This document shows positions 1 through 12,300 of a DNA stretch of 64,000 bases, in pieces. Position 1 is the first letter of the stretch; each line of letters opens with the position of its first letter. The notes below the pieces were generated by a model. It searched no databases, was not told the origin of the DNA, and saw only the letters and a list, made by a program, of their open reading frames with translations. This DNA comes from Trichodelitschia bisporula (Eukaryota): contig ML996687.1 of assembly GCA_010356995.1 (NCBI GenBank), positions 1,489,803 through 1,553,802 on the forward strand, in the 5' to 3' direction. Position numbers and translations under genes: made by a program.

Positions 1-55
1 CTATAATAACCCTACACCCCACCCAGCTCCCTGCACTCCTTCTCACATCCCGGCA

Positions 56-589
56 ATGCCTCCGTCGGTGAACATACCCATCGAGGCGCTGACCTCGCGC
101 TTCAACCTGTCGGGCCGCTTCGAGAATGTGCGGTCAACATCCCTGGCGACGCGCTTCGCCAACCTGCGTCCGATCAGCGAGTTCTTCGACTTCAAGCGGT
201 TGTCGAAGCCGCAGAACTTTGGCGAGGCTCAGTCACGCGTCAACTACAACCTCGGATACTTCTCCAGCAACTATGCGGCTGTGTTCGTGATGCTCAGCAT
301 CTACAGCTTGCTGACGAACCTGACGCTGCTGTTTGTCATCTTCCTCGTGGTCGGCGGCATGTGGGGCATCGGAAAACTCGGCGGTCAGGACCTCGACATC
401 ATGGGGTTCCGTGCCACAACCTCGCAGCTCTACACGGGTCTGCTATGCGTCGCCATTCCGCTCACCTTCATCTCCTCACCCTTCACAACCCTGCTGTGGC
501 TCATTGGCGCGAGCGGCGTGACCATCATCGGCCACGCATCCTTCATGGACAAGCCCATCGAGTCAGCTTTTTCCGAGGAGGCGGTCTAG
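56..589 (+). CDS. YIP3: PRA1-family prenylated Rab acceptor (Yip3), intronless, 177 aa
   Basis: Motifs LRPISEFFDFKRLSKP, SRVNYNLGYFSSNY, two long hydrophobic hairpins and C-terminal GHASFMDKPIESAFSEEAV are typical of fungal Yip3/PRA1. TATAAT lies at 2-7. Confidence 0.93.
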   Translation: MPPSVNIPIEALTSRFNLSGRFENVRSTSLATRFANLRPISEFFDFKRLSKPQNFGEAQSRVNYNLGYFSSNYAAVFVMLSIYSLLTNLTLLFVIFLVVGGMWGIGKLGGQDLDIMGFRATTSQLYTGLLCVAIPLTFISSPFTTLLWLIGASGVTIIGHASFMDKPIESAFSEEAV

Positions 590-615
590 GTGGTCGGCCG
601 CGAACTCCACAATAT

Positions 616-1818
616 ATGCCCCAATGGGGAAGACCACCGGGGCGCGCGGGGGGGAGGAGTCGAGAGGAGCGAGAGCGATGGGCTGCGCAGCAGGCCCGGT
701 GGGACGGCGCGCGCTTCGAGGAGGTGACGAGCGAAGACGAAGAGGTGGACCAGGAGGAGATTATGGGGGCGAACGGCGTTCTTTCATTGACTTCCAAGCC
801 GCATTATGTTTCAGACGAGTTATTTTTCAACGACGGCGACTCCAGATACCCGCGCCGTCGCCGCGACCCTCCTCCCGCCGAGGCACAACTCGCCTACGGC
901 GAGTACTACAGTTCGGACGAACACGACGACGACGACCCGCGCAGGAGCAGCGCCGGCCGCCGGAATGACGACCACGCGGCCTTTCTCCGCGCCCGCGCCC
1001 TGCACCGCATCGACCGCGCCAAAGCTCAGGGAAAAGGCATGGTCACACTCACCCACGACGAGCTCGAGGCCCTCCGCGGCGGCGCACCCTCGGCACCTTC
1101 CGCACCCCCAGCACTACCATCCCAGGCCCCAGCACCACCGAGCCCGGCCCGCGCCTCCAGCAGCCGCTCCCGCGAGCGCTCTCGCGAGCCTGTACGCGTC
1201 AAGGGCGCACGACGGCCGAGCCTCCTGGCGCCAGCTAAGACGCGCAGTAGCAAGACCGCACCGACGAGCAAGCGCAAGGACTCGGGCGAGAGCGCGCACT
1301 CGGCGTCGGCGCCTTCGAGAGCGCTGACCCCCGTGCAGCCGGCGTATTCTGCGCGGCGGCCTATTGGGTCGGCAGACTCGTCGCCGCGGGCGAGTCGGAT
1401 CCCGTCGGACGCGAGTGCTCGTGCACCTGTGTACCCGTCCCCGCCTGATGTCCGCCCGACATCGAGCAGCTCACGCGCGTCGTCCCGGCCGATTGATTCA
1501 GATTCGGATCATGTTATGCGTGGGAGTCCGGGGGCGTGGCCGGAGCGAGAGTATGCGTATGGCGTGCGGCAGGGGGATGTGGTGTATTCGAGTGTGTACC
1601 GGAGGCCGCCGCCTGCGAACCGCGCGCCGCATTCGGATCCTATCATCGGTGGGAGTGGGCTGGCGAATGAGTATGAGGTTAGTAGCTTTGGGTCGGAGGA
1701 TGGGTCGGATAAGCAAGGGCGTGTGCGGGAGGACAAGACGTCTGGTGGTGATAAAAGCAAGAGACGCGAGCGGGAACGGGAGCGCGACGTGCCCAAAGCA
1801 AGACGACGGCGGCATTGA
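616..1818 (+). CDS. Disordered Arg/Ser/Pro-rich protein (~400 aa) starting 26 nt after the YIP3 stop
   Basis: Long ORF with ATG at 616 (another in-frame ATG at 445). Short helical core AAFLRARALHRIDRAKAQGKGMVTLTHDELEAL and basic NLS-like C-terminus. Possible in-frame intron 724-798 (GTGACG...TTGAC...AAG). Confidence 0.75.
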   Translation: MPQWGRPPGRAGGRSREERERWAAQQARWDGARFEEVTSEDEEVDQEEIMGANGVLSLTSKPHYVSDELFFNDGDSRYPRRRRDPPPAEAQLAYGEYYSSDEHDDDDPRRSSAGRRNDDHAAFLRARALHRIDRAKAQGKGMVTLTHDELEALRGGAPSAPSAPPALPSQAPAPPSPARASSSRSRERSREPVRVKGARRPSLLAPAKTRSSKTAPTSKRKDSGESAHSASAPSRALTPVQPAYSARRPIGSADSSPRASRIPSDASARAPVYPSPPDVRPTSSSSRASSRPIDSDSDHVMRGSPGAWPEREYAYGVRQGDVVYSSVYRRPPPANRAPHSDPIIGGSGLANEYEVSSFGSEDGSDKQGRVREDKTSGGDKSKRRERERERDVPKARRRRH

Positions 1819-2818
1819 CAAGACAATGGGATCTGGAATTGCAGGGTTTGGTGTAGTCCTTTTTACTCTCTACTGTGCCTGGGAATAGACTTGTGTGCTT
1901 CTTCTTCTCCCTTTTCTGGTGGATAGGAGCAATGCATCCGCTAGTATTTCTTTATTCTTCTTTGTTCTAGTGTATAAAAAGCGTGGTGTTGTACGGGATC
2001 CTGTGCGTTTCCTGTGCGTCTCCCACTCTGCATGCTCGTCTCATCTTGTGTCTGTTGGCGTAAGGGGGTTCTAGCGTGCTGCCGGCTCCCCAGCCACCGG
2101 ATATATTGACTACACTCTTCGCCTTGTACAGCCTTTCAGATGCTGCAAGGCGCATGGCATGCTCTTCTGCAGTGAGAACAAGAATGCAGAGTCTGCGAAT
2201 CTTATGAGCTGGCTACTGTACCTGTACCTACACAAGCAGTCTGTTCAGTTAATGTGTACATCCGTAGTTGCAAGCAAAGTGGTGATGTTTGTGCCGCGCG
2301 GGTGCCGCAGCGCCCGATACCAGCCTCTGTGGCTTGATGGTGCGGTGTCTTTCCCTCGTGGCTCGTGTTGCGCTTCCTCCCTACTACGCACACTCCTCTT
2401 CCTCTCTACTCTCTCCACTCCACTCCCCTCCACCTCCACTCCACCTCCGCTGTCTCGTCCTCCCACCACCCACAACACCAACGACCAACATCACGCAGCT
2501 CCCCATTCACCCCACTCTGCATTCATCACATTCTCTCTCCATCACCACGCTCTCTCTCTTGCAGCTTTGTACCTCCTTCCCTCTTTAACCCCTCCAAACA
2601 CACCCCGCGTACATACCAAGACACAAACCCGGCGACCCGCCATCCCGCAGGACCAGCTGCACCGCCCATCTCCGCACCGCAACCCCGCACCATCACCATC
2701 GCGCCCCCATTCACAATCTCGCCCACCCCAAAAACCTTCCTTCGCCCATCATTCTCCACCGGCGCATTGTGCCAACCATAGCGTCTACCCCCAACCTCCC
2801 CCCCCAACCCGTCGCGCA

Positions 2819-3996
2819 ATGCCCTCTATAGATCGTGAGTCCCTAGCTCCCTCCCGGAGGATATGCCCTGTCCCACCAAGAAGCACCCGCTAAACTACCC
2901 CTCAAACAGTCCCCCCCGAGGTGTCAGCCTCCTATGCCGCCATCATAGACGGCATCCTCGCGCGCAGCGACCTGAACACCATCTCCGCAAAAGCGATCCG
3001 CAAGGGTCTGCAGGCCGAAGTGAACTATGACATCTCACACCAGAAGGCATGCGCCCGCCTGCCCCTCATTATCTCTTCCCTCTCTCCCCACACTAACACC
3101 CCCAAAAGGAAGCCGTCACCGCCCTCATAATGGCGCGCTTCGACAAATTCACCGAAGAAAACCCTCCCTCGCCCGCCGACGTCAAACCCGACCCCGAGCC
3201 CCACACCAACGGCACCGCTAGCACAAGCAGCAAGGACAAGAAGCGCAGCGCCAGCCCCTCGGCCTCGAGCCTGACGAGCCTGGATGCCGCCGCGCCGCCG
3301 CCGGCCAAGCGGGTTAAGAACAACGCCGGGGAGGCCAAGACGGCGGGCAAGGGTGCGGGTAAGGGTGCTGGCAAGGGCACGGGCAAGGCTTCGAAGGCTA
3401 CGTCGCTGGAGGATGCGGACGCGGCGTATGCGGCCCGGCTTCAGGCCGAGGAGAACTCGCGTGCGAATGGCCGGGCGACGCGCGCGGGGCGCAAGGGGGC
3501 GCAGAGCGGGAAGCCGGTGAAGAAGGAGAAGCGGAAGGCGAAGAAGAGTAAGACGAGGGTGGATAGTGGGGATGAGAGTGGGAGTGGGGCGGAGGGGGGG
3601 GAGAAGAAGAAGGAGGTTAAGCGGACGGGCGGGTTTCATGTGAGTTGCTCTTTTTTTTTGGGTATGCTGTGTGGGATGGACGGGGGCTGATGAGAGCAGA
3701 AACCGATGAATCTCTCGCCGCAGCTGTCGGCGCTGTTGGGTGGGGAGACACAGCTGTCGCGGCCGCAGACGGTCAAGAAGATCTGGGAGTACATTCGCGC
3801 GAACGACCTCCAGGATCCGGCAGATAAGCGGCAGATTCGGTGCGACGACGCGATGCGGACTGTGTTTCGCTCCGATCGCGTGCACATGTTTACGATGAAT
3901 AAGATTCTGAACAAGAATCTGTTTGCCCCGGAAGAGATTGCGGGTGGGGAGGTGCAGCCTAAGGTGGAGGCGAAGGTGGAGGAGGAGGATGATTAG
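2819..3996 (+). CDS. DEK-C plus SWIB/MDM2 domain protein (Uaf30/Tri1-like)
   Basis: Exons 2819-2834, 2910-3046, 3109-3639, 3700-3996 join in frame; intron 2 is GC-AG. N-terminal IIDGILARSDLNTISAKAIRKGLQ (DEK-C) and C-terminal LSRPQTVKKIWEYIRANDLQDPADKRQIRCD (SWIB). Confidence 0.9.
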
Positions 3997-4732
3997 GGAA
4001 GCGGGGAGTTGAGAATGCGTCTTTTTGCGTGCATGGCGGGTGTATTATGGTTTTCTTTGTATGTGTGTGCGCGTGGCCCTATGTGTATTTGCGGGCGGGT
4101 TCATGGGCGGCGTTTTTTGTCTTAGGGATGGCATAGGAGGGGATGATTCAGATGAAGTGGATACTCGTGTGGGGGACGAGGCGAGGCGTTGGATGCGCGA
4201 GGATGCGCGGCGGATGCTGTGGATGTGTGTATGCTGGACTACTAGATGAGGCATAATGGCGATGGGGTGATCTTCATTTTTTGACTTATGCTTGACTGCT
4301 GTGAAGCGGAGGTGGATGTGGAAAGGGACCGCAGAGCTGATAGGGAGTGGTGTTGAGCAGTCCATTGCCAGCAACCCACGTTTCCTACTCTCTGCCTCCT
4401 CCTCCGGCGCATATACACCGATCCTGAACATGGCCATTGCCAAAGACACGAGATGCAGCACTCTCAGCCTTTTATGGGTCATGTTGTCAGATCTCCGCCA
4501 GCGGAGCGGAGCGCGACATCACCCCCGGGGGCTTGGCAAGCGTACCCCGGCCGAAAAAAAGTTCGAGATCCTCGACCTCCACCATTCCTACCATCATCGC
4601 CATACCTTTCTCTCTGAACCACCACCGCAAACGCCACAAAGCACACTTCTCCTCTCCCATTCGCCTCTCCATCTGATACTACAGCCGCCCATCACTCCCA
4701 CCCCAACATCCCATTAAACCAAAAAGACGACC

Positions 4733-5489
4733 ATGCCCCGCCCCCCCCGCAAACCAGCCCGCAACCCCGCCAAATCCTCGCGTCCAACACCCCGCACCCC
4801 GGCGCCCGCACTCATCGAATTCGACGGCAGTGCGAGGGAGGACTTTCTCACGGGTTTCCATAAGCGGAAGGTGGCGAGGGCGAAGGCGGCGCGCGCGGCG
4901 GCGGAGGTTAGGGCTAAGGAGGAGCATAGGGAGGAGAGGAAGGCGGTGAGTGATGAGTGATTGGGGGGGGGGGTTTGGGTTGGGTGGAGGCTAACTGGTG
5001 GGGGGATAGATGAGGGAAAGGCGCGCGGCGGAACTGAAGAAGCAGATGGAGGCGTTTGAGAAGAGGATGAGGGAGGATGCGGAGGATGTTGAGGCGGAGA
5101 GGGGGGAGAAGGGGGAAGAGGAAGAGAGTGAGGGGGGTGAGGAAGGGGATGAGGATGTGGAAGAGACTCCTGCGCCCGCCCTGCCGCTCGAAGAGGAGCA
5201 CGAGTACATTGACGACGACCGGGACGTATGCGTCACGGTCGAGGAAGTGGGGATCGGCAAAGGGGGGTTTATCCGCGCTAGGGAAGAGGAGACGTCTGAC
5301 GCGGCGGAGGACGAGGCAGCGAAGCCGAAGACAGGTGGCGGTGAAGGGAGGGCAAAGACAGAGGCCAAGGCGAAAGTGACTAAGAAGCGCAAAGCCAAGT
5401 TCCGGTACGAAGGCAAAGCAGAGCGAAAGGTTACCCGGTTCAAGGAGCGGAGTAAGGGCCGGGCGGCGAAGGCGGCGCGGAAGGCGTAG
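4733..5489 (+). CDS. RRP17: Nucleolar protein 12 / Rrp17 family rRNA-processing protein
   Basis: IEFDGSAREDFLTGFHKRK signature and KKRKAKFRYEGKAERK C-terminal motif. Intron 4946-5009 (GTGAGT...CTAAC...TAG). Confidence 0.88.
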
Positions 5490-5627
5490 GGTGCTTTGCG
5501 GCGTTGATAGGGTGGGTCTCATATCCCGAACGAGCAATCAAAGATCTGATGATTACACTGCAGGCGAACATCGCCCAGGTATATAGTATATATGCTACAG
5601 TAAACGCCCGCTAGGCAACAAGCCCAT

Positions 5628-8157
5628 CTACATCACCAAACCCAGCCCAACCATCCGCACAGCCAGGGCTACATATCCCCACCCCCCACCAGCCCGCAAC
5701 CTCACCCCGGCATTCTTCGCCTTGCCCGCGTTCGCGTTCGCGCCGCTCACACTTGTCCCAGGGCCGGATCCGGATCGGGCGCCGGAGTCAGAGTCGGGCC
5801 CGAACCAAGGTAGCATGCCGGCCGGGTCGTAGGAGGGCCTGCCCTGCGGGTCCGGCTCCTTGCCCACGCGGCTCGATGCGCTGGGGCGCGCGCTGCTGGA
5901 TGGACTGCCCGGTTTGCCATTCGGGCTTCCGTCGGCACTTCCGCTTCCTGAACCTGAACCCGGACCAGAGCCCGAATCGGAACCACCAGAGCCCGAACCA
6001 GAGGTCGAACCAGAGCCCGAACCAGGACCAGAACCCGAGCCCGAACCCGCCACAGCGCCACCATCTTCCCCCCACGCATCACTAGGCGGCGCATACCCCC
6101 CCAGCGCGCCCACCCACGCGGCGCCTCCACCACCATTCCCATCAAAGATCCGCGCCGCCAGTCCCCCTTCTCCAGCCGCAACGAGCATATCCCGCGTAAC
6201 CCGGACCTGGCCCCCCGCGCCCGCGCCCGCACCCGCGCCCGCCTTCAAACCCAGCGCCGCGTACGGAACCACGGCCTCCAGCCCGCCTACCAGCACGGCG
6301 ATCCCGTCGGCCTTCGCGCTGAGCAGCACGCCGTTGCGGGCGATGCTTTCGCCGGGGGGCAGGACGAGGGTGTCGGCGGACGGAGGGACGTTTGCGGCGT
6401 TGTCGGCAGCGTTGCCCGCGGCTCCGCTGCCGGCTGCGCTGCCCGAGTTTAGGAGAGGGCTGGGTGGGTTGGCTGCCGGCGCTGCTGGCGCTCCCGTCGC
6501 CGCTGTCAGGCCGGTAGCCACTGACCCGGGTCTTGCAGCCGCCGCCGGCGGACCGGCCTCTGGTCCCCCGCGCTCGCCCCGGCCTGCAGCAACACCTGGA
6601 ACCACCGTCGGCGCGGGCAAACTGCTCACCCCGGTCGCCGCCGTATACACAATCGGCGGATCAAGAAGCCTGAACCTCGGATCCCACTGACACCCCTTCC
6701 ACTCCTCATTCACATCCCCAAAATCCAGCCCCGGGATCGCAAGCGCAAACTGATAATAATCCGCATACAACGCACTCTGCATAACCTCATCATTGACACT
6801 ATTCGCGTGCGGACCGTAGTGCACAAACTGCATATTGCGCACGGAGTATATAAACCCCCAGACCGCGTCGTCGGGTGCCCGTGGCCCGGCGTTGTCACCG
6901 TCGTCCCACGCGGCATTGAGTGCGCTGAAGGGAATGGGTGCGGACAGGTCGGCGTAGTTGAGCGCGGCGGTGGCGCCGCCGAAACGGAAGGTGCTGATGG
7001 CGGAAGAGGGGAGCGTGAGCAGGATGGAATCGCTCCAGCCGAGATCCTTGCTGGAACCGGGCCCGTACCAACTCTCGGCTTCCAGACGCGTGAGGAAGAC
7101 GTAAGCCTTATCGGCGTAGAGCGTTGTGCCGTTCCCCACGACGGTGGATCCGACGAGAGATGATGTGGCGGGCGCGGGGGTTATCTGGGCGCCGGAAGGC
7201 TGGGTAGGAGTGGGAGTTGGGTCCGCGGCGCACATGTCCCGGGACACGCCTGGTGCGCCGAAGTGCCATAGATTCGCCTGCCACCCGCTGACGTAGCACC
7301 CGCCCTTGGTGCGTTGCTCATACACCTCGCACCAGGACGGCTCGGCGCCCGCGCGGGCGCTGTAATACTGCTCCCACTCGGAGGCGGAAGCGCGGACGTC
7401 GGCTGCGGCGGAGGGGATGACGCAGTCCTTCTTGGGCTGACGGGACACGCGCAGGATGCTGGTCACTTCGGCCGGGATATGCGTGGTGGCGGAAGAGCGC
7501 AGGTGTCCGGTGAAGTAGGTGACGGACCCGCAGGCGACGGAGGTGCTGAATGGGGAGGGGATCCACATTGTTGTTGTGTAGTAGCAGTTGGTCGTGGGTT
7601 TGAGGTACTGCAAAGGGGAGGTTGTGCCTTCGCAGGGCGGGTATGGGGGCGCGTGCGGGCCCATGGTTGTGTGTGGGATGGGATATATGTCGGCGTAGCA
7701 GGAGGTGGAGGCTATTGCTGGGTCCGGGAGCGGGCCTGGCGTGTAGTAGAGCTTGCCGGCGGGGTCGGTCGCGGCGGGCCACTGCGCGCAGGTTAGCGAG
7801 GAGCCGTCGGTGTTGTAGTAGCAGCAGTTTGCAGAGGTGGAGAATTGGATGGACCGTGGGATGGTGTGTAGGTCGCCTGGGTCGTCGTCTGGGGGTGTTA
7901 GTGGGTTTGAAGGGAGAACAGCTGGAGAACGTGCCGGAGAAGGGATCCACGGGATCTATCGGGATGGAGGAGTTTGTGGCATGGCTGATGTCTGTATGGT
8001 TATGTACGAGGACGATCCGCTGCACTTGGCGGCGGAGGTGGTGAGCCCAACGTTGTGCGGGATGAACGGCGGGGCGTCCGTCACTCATCGACAGTGACGG
8101 CCCTGCGTACGTAGCAGCCAGCCACCAGAATGCGACGAAAACGCGCGGTGGAGACAT
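5628..8157 (-). CDS. Secreted, probably GPI-anchored cell-surface protein of unknown function (~827 aa)
   Basis: Signal peptide MSPPRVFVAFWWLAATYA. A GC-AG intron at 7889-7934 joins exon 1 in frame to ORF 5628-7664. Cys-rich N-terminal region, LNYADL..P.P and W.GC...DPP motifs, Gly/Ser linker, hydrophobic C-terminus. Confidence 0.72.
5935..6050 (-). repeat. Coding Gly-Ser (GSGSGPGSGSGS) low-complexity repeat
   Basis: Degenerate 6-nt units (gaaccc/gagccc/gaacca on +) inside the GPI protein. Confidence 0.7.
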
Positions 8158-9302
8158 CGTGGGCGTGTTCGTGGCCGAGTTGGTGTTGAAGCTCGAGCAT
8201 CGCCGACGACGTTATCAGTGCAAACCAGGCACAGGGGAAAAGCCCACGCCGCAGCGTGGTGTACTTTATCCCACATCCATGTGTAGGGGATCGAATCCTT
8301 CCCATTGCGCGTTGGCCCCATCGTATATTATATTGCCCTCATCGCCGTTCCCGGTGGGCGAGAGCTAGGGCTGGTACGCTGCGGATCCATGCGCACATCG
8401 ACTTTGGCTACTGGCATTGGAGGAGTGGCGAGAGGACCGAACTATTGGCATAAATAGGCCTCCATGGGGAAATTGTATTAATAGTGAGCGTTATTATGCT
8501 CGTACGTCTAGGGATGTGAGGGCTCGCCATTTATAGGCATTTCCTATGTCAACAAGTGATATTGGTGGTATTGACATCGACTGAAGAATGACGTCGAGAT
8601 CGTAGGATTTCTGCACATTCGCCCTTCGCAGTCAGAAAGGAGAGTCGACGAAGTGAGTATGATTTGGAGCAATATGATACCCGGGTTATACTGGGGATGT
8701 TGAGAGTATGTAGTCGCGATGTCGTGACGTGACGTCTCGCTCGCGGGCTTGGCTGCCCAACCTCGTGGCAGGATGTGAGGCGATAAGATCTCTTGGGGGT
8801 CACATGTCTATGGTGATACAACGCCATACTCGCCCTGACACGGATTACTTGCAGCTTTTTCATCCCACTGCGCTCTTTCATCAAATTCGCTCTCGGCTAG
8901 GGACTAATACACAAAGAGGCCGAGGGAACTGTGGGAGGGAAGCAACTGGCTCGATTCTCCAGTTCTAATGGGAAATGAAGCGAAGGAGATGGCTAAGCTG
9001 CAGCATGGATGGTACCCGGCGCTGGCCTCTGACCACAAATTTCTTCTTCTTCATACTGACTGTGATTTGGAAGCTGAAGCTTGCAGCCTGTTCCACCTTC
9101 AATGCCGCCGAGTTTTCAGAACAAAAAGATCGTGAACGCAAACAATAGACTGGGCCATGAACCCCAACGCCGTACAGCAGCATATCCACGAAGCCAGAAA
9201 AGTGCGACCAAGTCCCCAACACCAAGATACCATAGAGACACGAGCCAAAAGTCATGAACATAGAAAGAAGACAATCCCATCACGCCATGTCACCGTCTTC
9301 TA

Positions 9303-12300
9303 TTATATAAATTCAAATACCCGTCCGTTGCTTCTCCCGAGGACCCATTCCTTGTCTTCTCTTGTGTCCGACGGAACGGAGGAATAAAAGAAACAAACAT
9401 GCCCGTTGGGCACCCGCTCCTGGTGCTCCTGGCACCAGGCTCCGCCAAAATTCAGAACCAGCGAGTGCGTTCTGCTCGGGGTGCACCAGATGTACACGTC
9501 TCTGTCGGGCGTGGTTCTAGGCGTCGTGCGGATGACCCACAGCCCCCTGGTGAGCGACGACTCGGCTCTGATGACGCCGTGCGGTGTGCGGAGGTGCCAG
9601 TACCGAGGGGGCAGAGTGTGAGCAGGCGTGAAGGGATTTACGTGGATCAAATCCTGGTCTGGATATTGAGGATTGGCCTCGATGACAGGGCGGGTATATA
9701 TTATGCTCATGCGATTTTGTTGGAGAACTATGCGATCGTCATTGTGTTCACGGACTATAATGGCATCGCTATCTTGTCCATTGGCCATGGGAATGCCATC
9801 TTGTACGCGGATGTCAGTCTGCAGCAGCCCCCGAGCGGCTATATCGGTTATCGCACGGTCTAACACCTGGAGATCTGTCTGACGTGGAGCAGGCGTGCGA
9901 AGTCTTTCACGGTCCACGGCCCGTTGCCGACGGCGTTCCTGATTACGAATCTCATCCAGTTGCCGGTCTAACTGAGTCTGGTTCTCAACCAGTTGCTGGC
10001 GTATCCAAAATAGCGACTGAGCCACTTGCCAGTCTATCTGAGCAGGGTTCTCAGCCAGTTGCCGAAAGACTGTCTGATATGGCTGCTCAGCCAGTTGATC
10101 GAGTAACTGCTGACGGTTCTCAACCAGTTGCCGTGCATGGTGCATAGCCAGTTGCACCGTGTATATCTCACGAAGGGTATACCCGTTAGGCCCCCGTCTG
10201 TCCACTGGAATCCCTTGGCTCTCACGGCCAGAGGATCTCCCAAGCGGGAGACCGGTAGAGGTGCTCCCAGCTGGTTCCATCTGACTGTCGAGCTGGCTTT
10301 GATGCGAACGGAACATCTGATTATGGTACCCAGACAGGCGATTTGCATGATCCTCAATCCTCTGTCTTCTACGGTCTACTTGTTCTTGCCAACGGGGTAT
10401 CCGCTGATAAAGACTGAGCCCGTGACGCACCAATTTGTCCAGAGACTGGCCAGACGATGCAGGAGGCGGGAGATTGGTAGAGGTGCTCTCTACAGGGCTC
10501 TCACGTAACTCTTGAAGGAGTGCCTGATTATTATTCGCCGCTAGTCGCCGTTCTAGTATCTGAAGAGAGGTCTCCCAGCTAGGCCCCCTCCTACCCTCGA
10601 ACTGGCCTTCAGGGATTTCTTGCTGCTCAGGGCCAGACCATGCACCAGGCGGCAGATCGGTAGATGTGATCTCAGCAAGTTCCCGCTGGCTGTTGGATTG
10701 GCCTTGACGGTTTCGAGCCAGTTCTCTTTCATGGTTCGCATGCAATTCCCGAAGGAGTCTCGCATGAGGGGTCACAGCCAGTCGCCGACGGAAAATCTGT
10801 CGAACGATCTCCCACCTATCCGCACCGCCGACTTCGGACTGGCCTTCCGAAATTCCTTGGTACACATGGCTAGACGATGCGCCAGGCGGGAAATCGGCAG
10901 AGATGCTCCCAGTAGGTTCCTGCCGGCTATCGGACTGGCTTTCACGGTTCTGAGCTAGCTCTCTTTCATAGTCCGCAAACAGTGCTCGAAGGACTCTCCC
11001 ATGAGGGCACTCAACCAGTCGCCGACGGAATGTCTGTTGAAGGGCCTCCCGCCTACCTTCCCGCCTGCCTTCGGACTGGCCTTCCGGGATTCCTTGCCGC
11101 TGTTGGTCAGACGATGCACCAGGCGGGAGATTGGTAAAATTGAGCTCAGCAGGTTCCAGCCGGCTGTTGGACTGGCTTTCACGGTTCAAAGGCAGTAGTT
11201 GAACGCGTGTCTGACTATGGAGCCAAGCCAGTACCCGGTTTAGCTGGTAATGGTTCTGGGCCAGTTGCTGAATGAGTATGTCATTCGAGTCCTCAGTCGG
11301 TTCCGAGGGTAGCAAGTAACAGTTCAAAGCCAGTTGATTGAATATCTGCTGACGGTTCTCAGCCAGTGGCCTTGTCCGTTCCACGATCCCTTGGTAAAGG
11401 CGTACTTGAGCAAGGGTGAGCTCGCTACGCCCACTACCCTCAGGCTGGCCTTCCGGAAGTTCTTGATGCTCATGACCAGACGATGCAACAGACGGGAGAT
11501 TGGCAGAGTTATTCCCGGTAGGTTCCAGCTGGCTGCCGGTCTGGTTTTCACGGTTCTCAGCCGGTTGCCAAAGAAGTATCTGATTAGGCTCACGTGGTCT
11601 CCAAAGGATCACCCGATTACTGTGCTCAGCCAGCAGCCTTGCCTGGCCCTCAAGCCGTTGCCTTAGTCCGTTCAGAACTTGTTCCTCACGGTGTATCTGC
11701 TGTTCAATGCTGAGCCCGCCGCTCGCCTGACTGAACGCAGGAAAGTCTTCCAGAACAACTCGCTGCTCATGGCCAGACGATGTGCCAGGCGATATAGTGG
11801 TAGAGGTGCTCTCTACGCGGGTTTCAGGCGGTTCCTGAAGGTATGCCTGAATATGGTTTGCAACTAGTTGCCGGTGGGTTATCTGAAGAGCGTTCCCCCC
11901 GCTATCACCCCCGCTGCTCTCGGACTGGCCTTTCGGAATTCCTTGCTGCCCATGGTCGGACGATGTACCGGGCCGGAGATCAGTAGAGGTGTGCTCTGTA
12001 GGTTCCCACAGGTGGTCGTGCTGGGCTTCCAGGATTCTGTTCTGAATTGTCAGGGCTCTTCTTTGGGCTTGCAGAAAATCGCGTTCGGCTTCCAGAAAAA
12101 TGCGCTCGGCTTCCAGGAATCTCTGACGCGCACGGCCGGACGGTGCTCTAGACGGGAGATTGGTAGATGTGCTCTCTACGGGCGTCCGTTGGCTCTCGGA
12201 TTGGCCTGCTGGGGTTCTCTGTTGCTCGAGCAGTGCAACTTCAGGGTCCTGCTCGGGGTGCACCGATTCCAGAGGCGGAACATCCGTGGAAGAGCTTTCT

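Noticed and set aside
587..727. Stop-codon readthrough or A-to-I editing of the YIP3 TAG as a route into ORF2
   Set aside because: Readthrough stays in the YIP3 frame and stops at TGA ~725; ORF2 is in another frame.
2159..2893. 244-aa His/Pro/Ser-rich ORF
   Set aside because: C-rich promoter/leader of the SWIB gene; no protein-like features.
5860..6690. 276-aa + strand ORF with PEPEPG repeats
   Set aside because: Antisense shadow of the Gly-Ser repeat in the minus-strand GPI-type gene.
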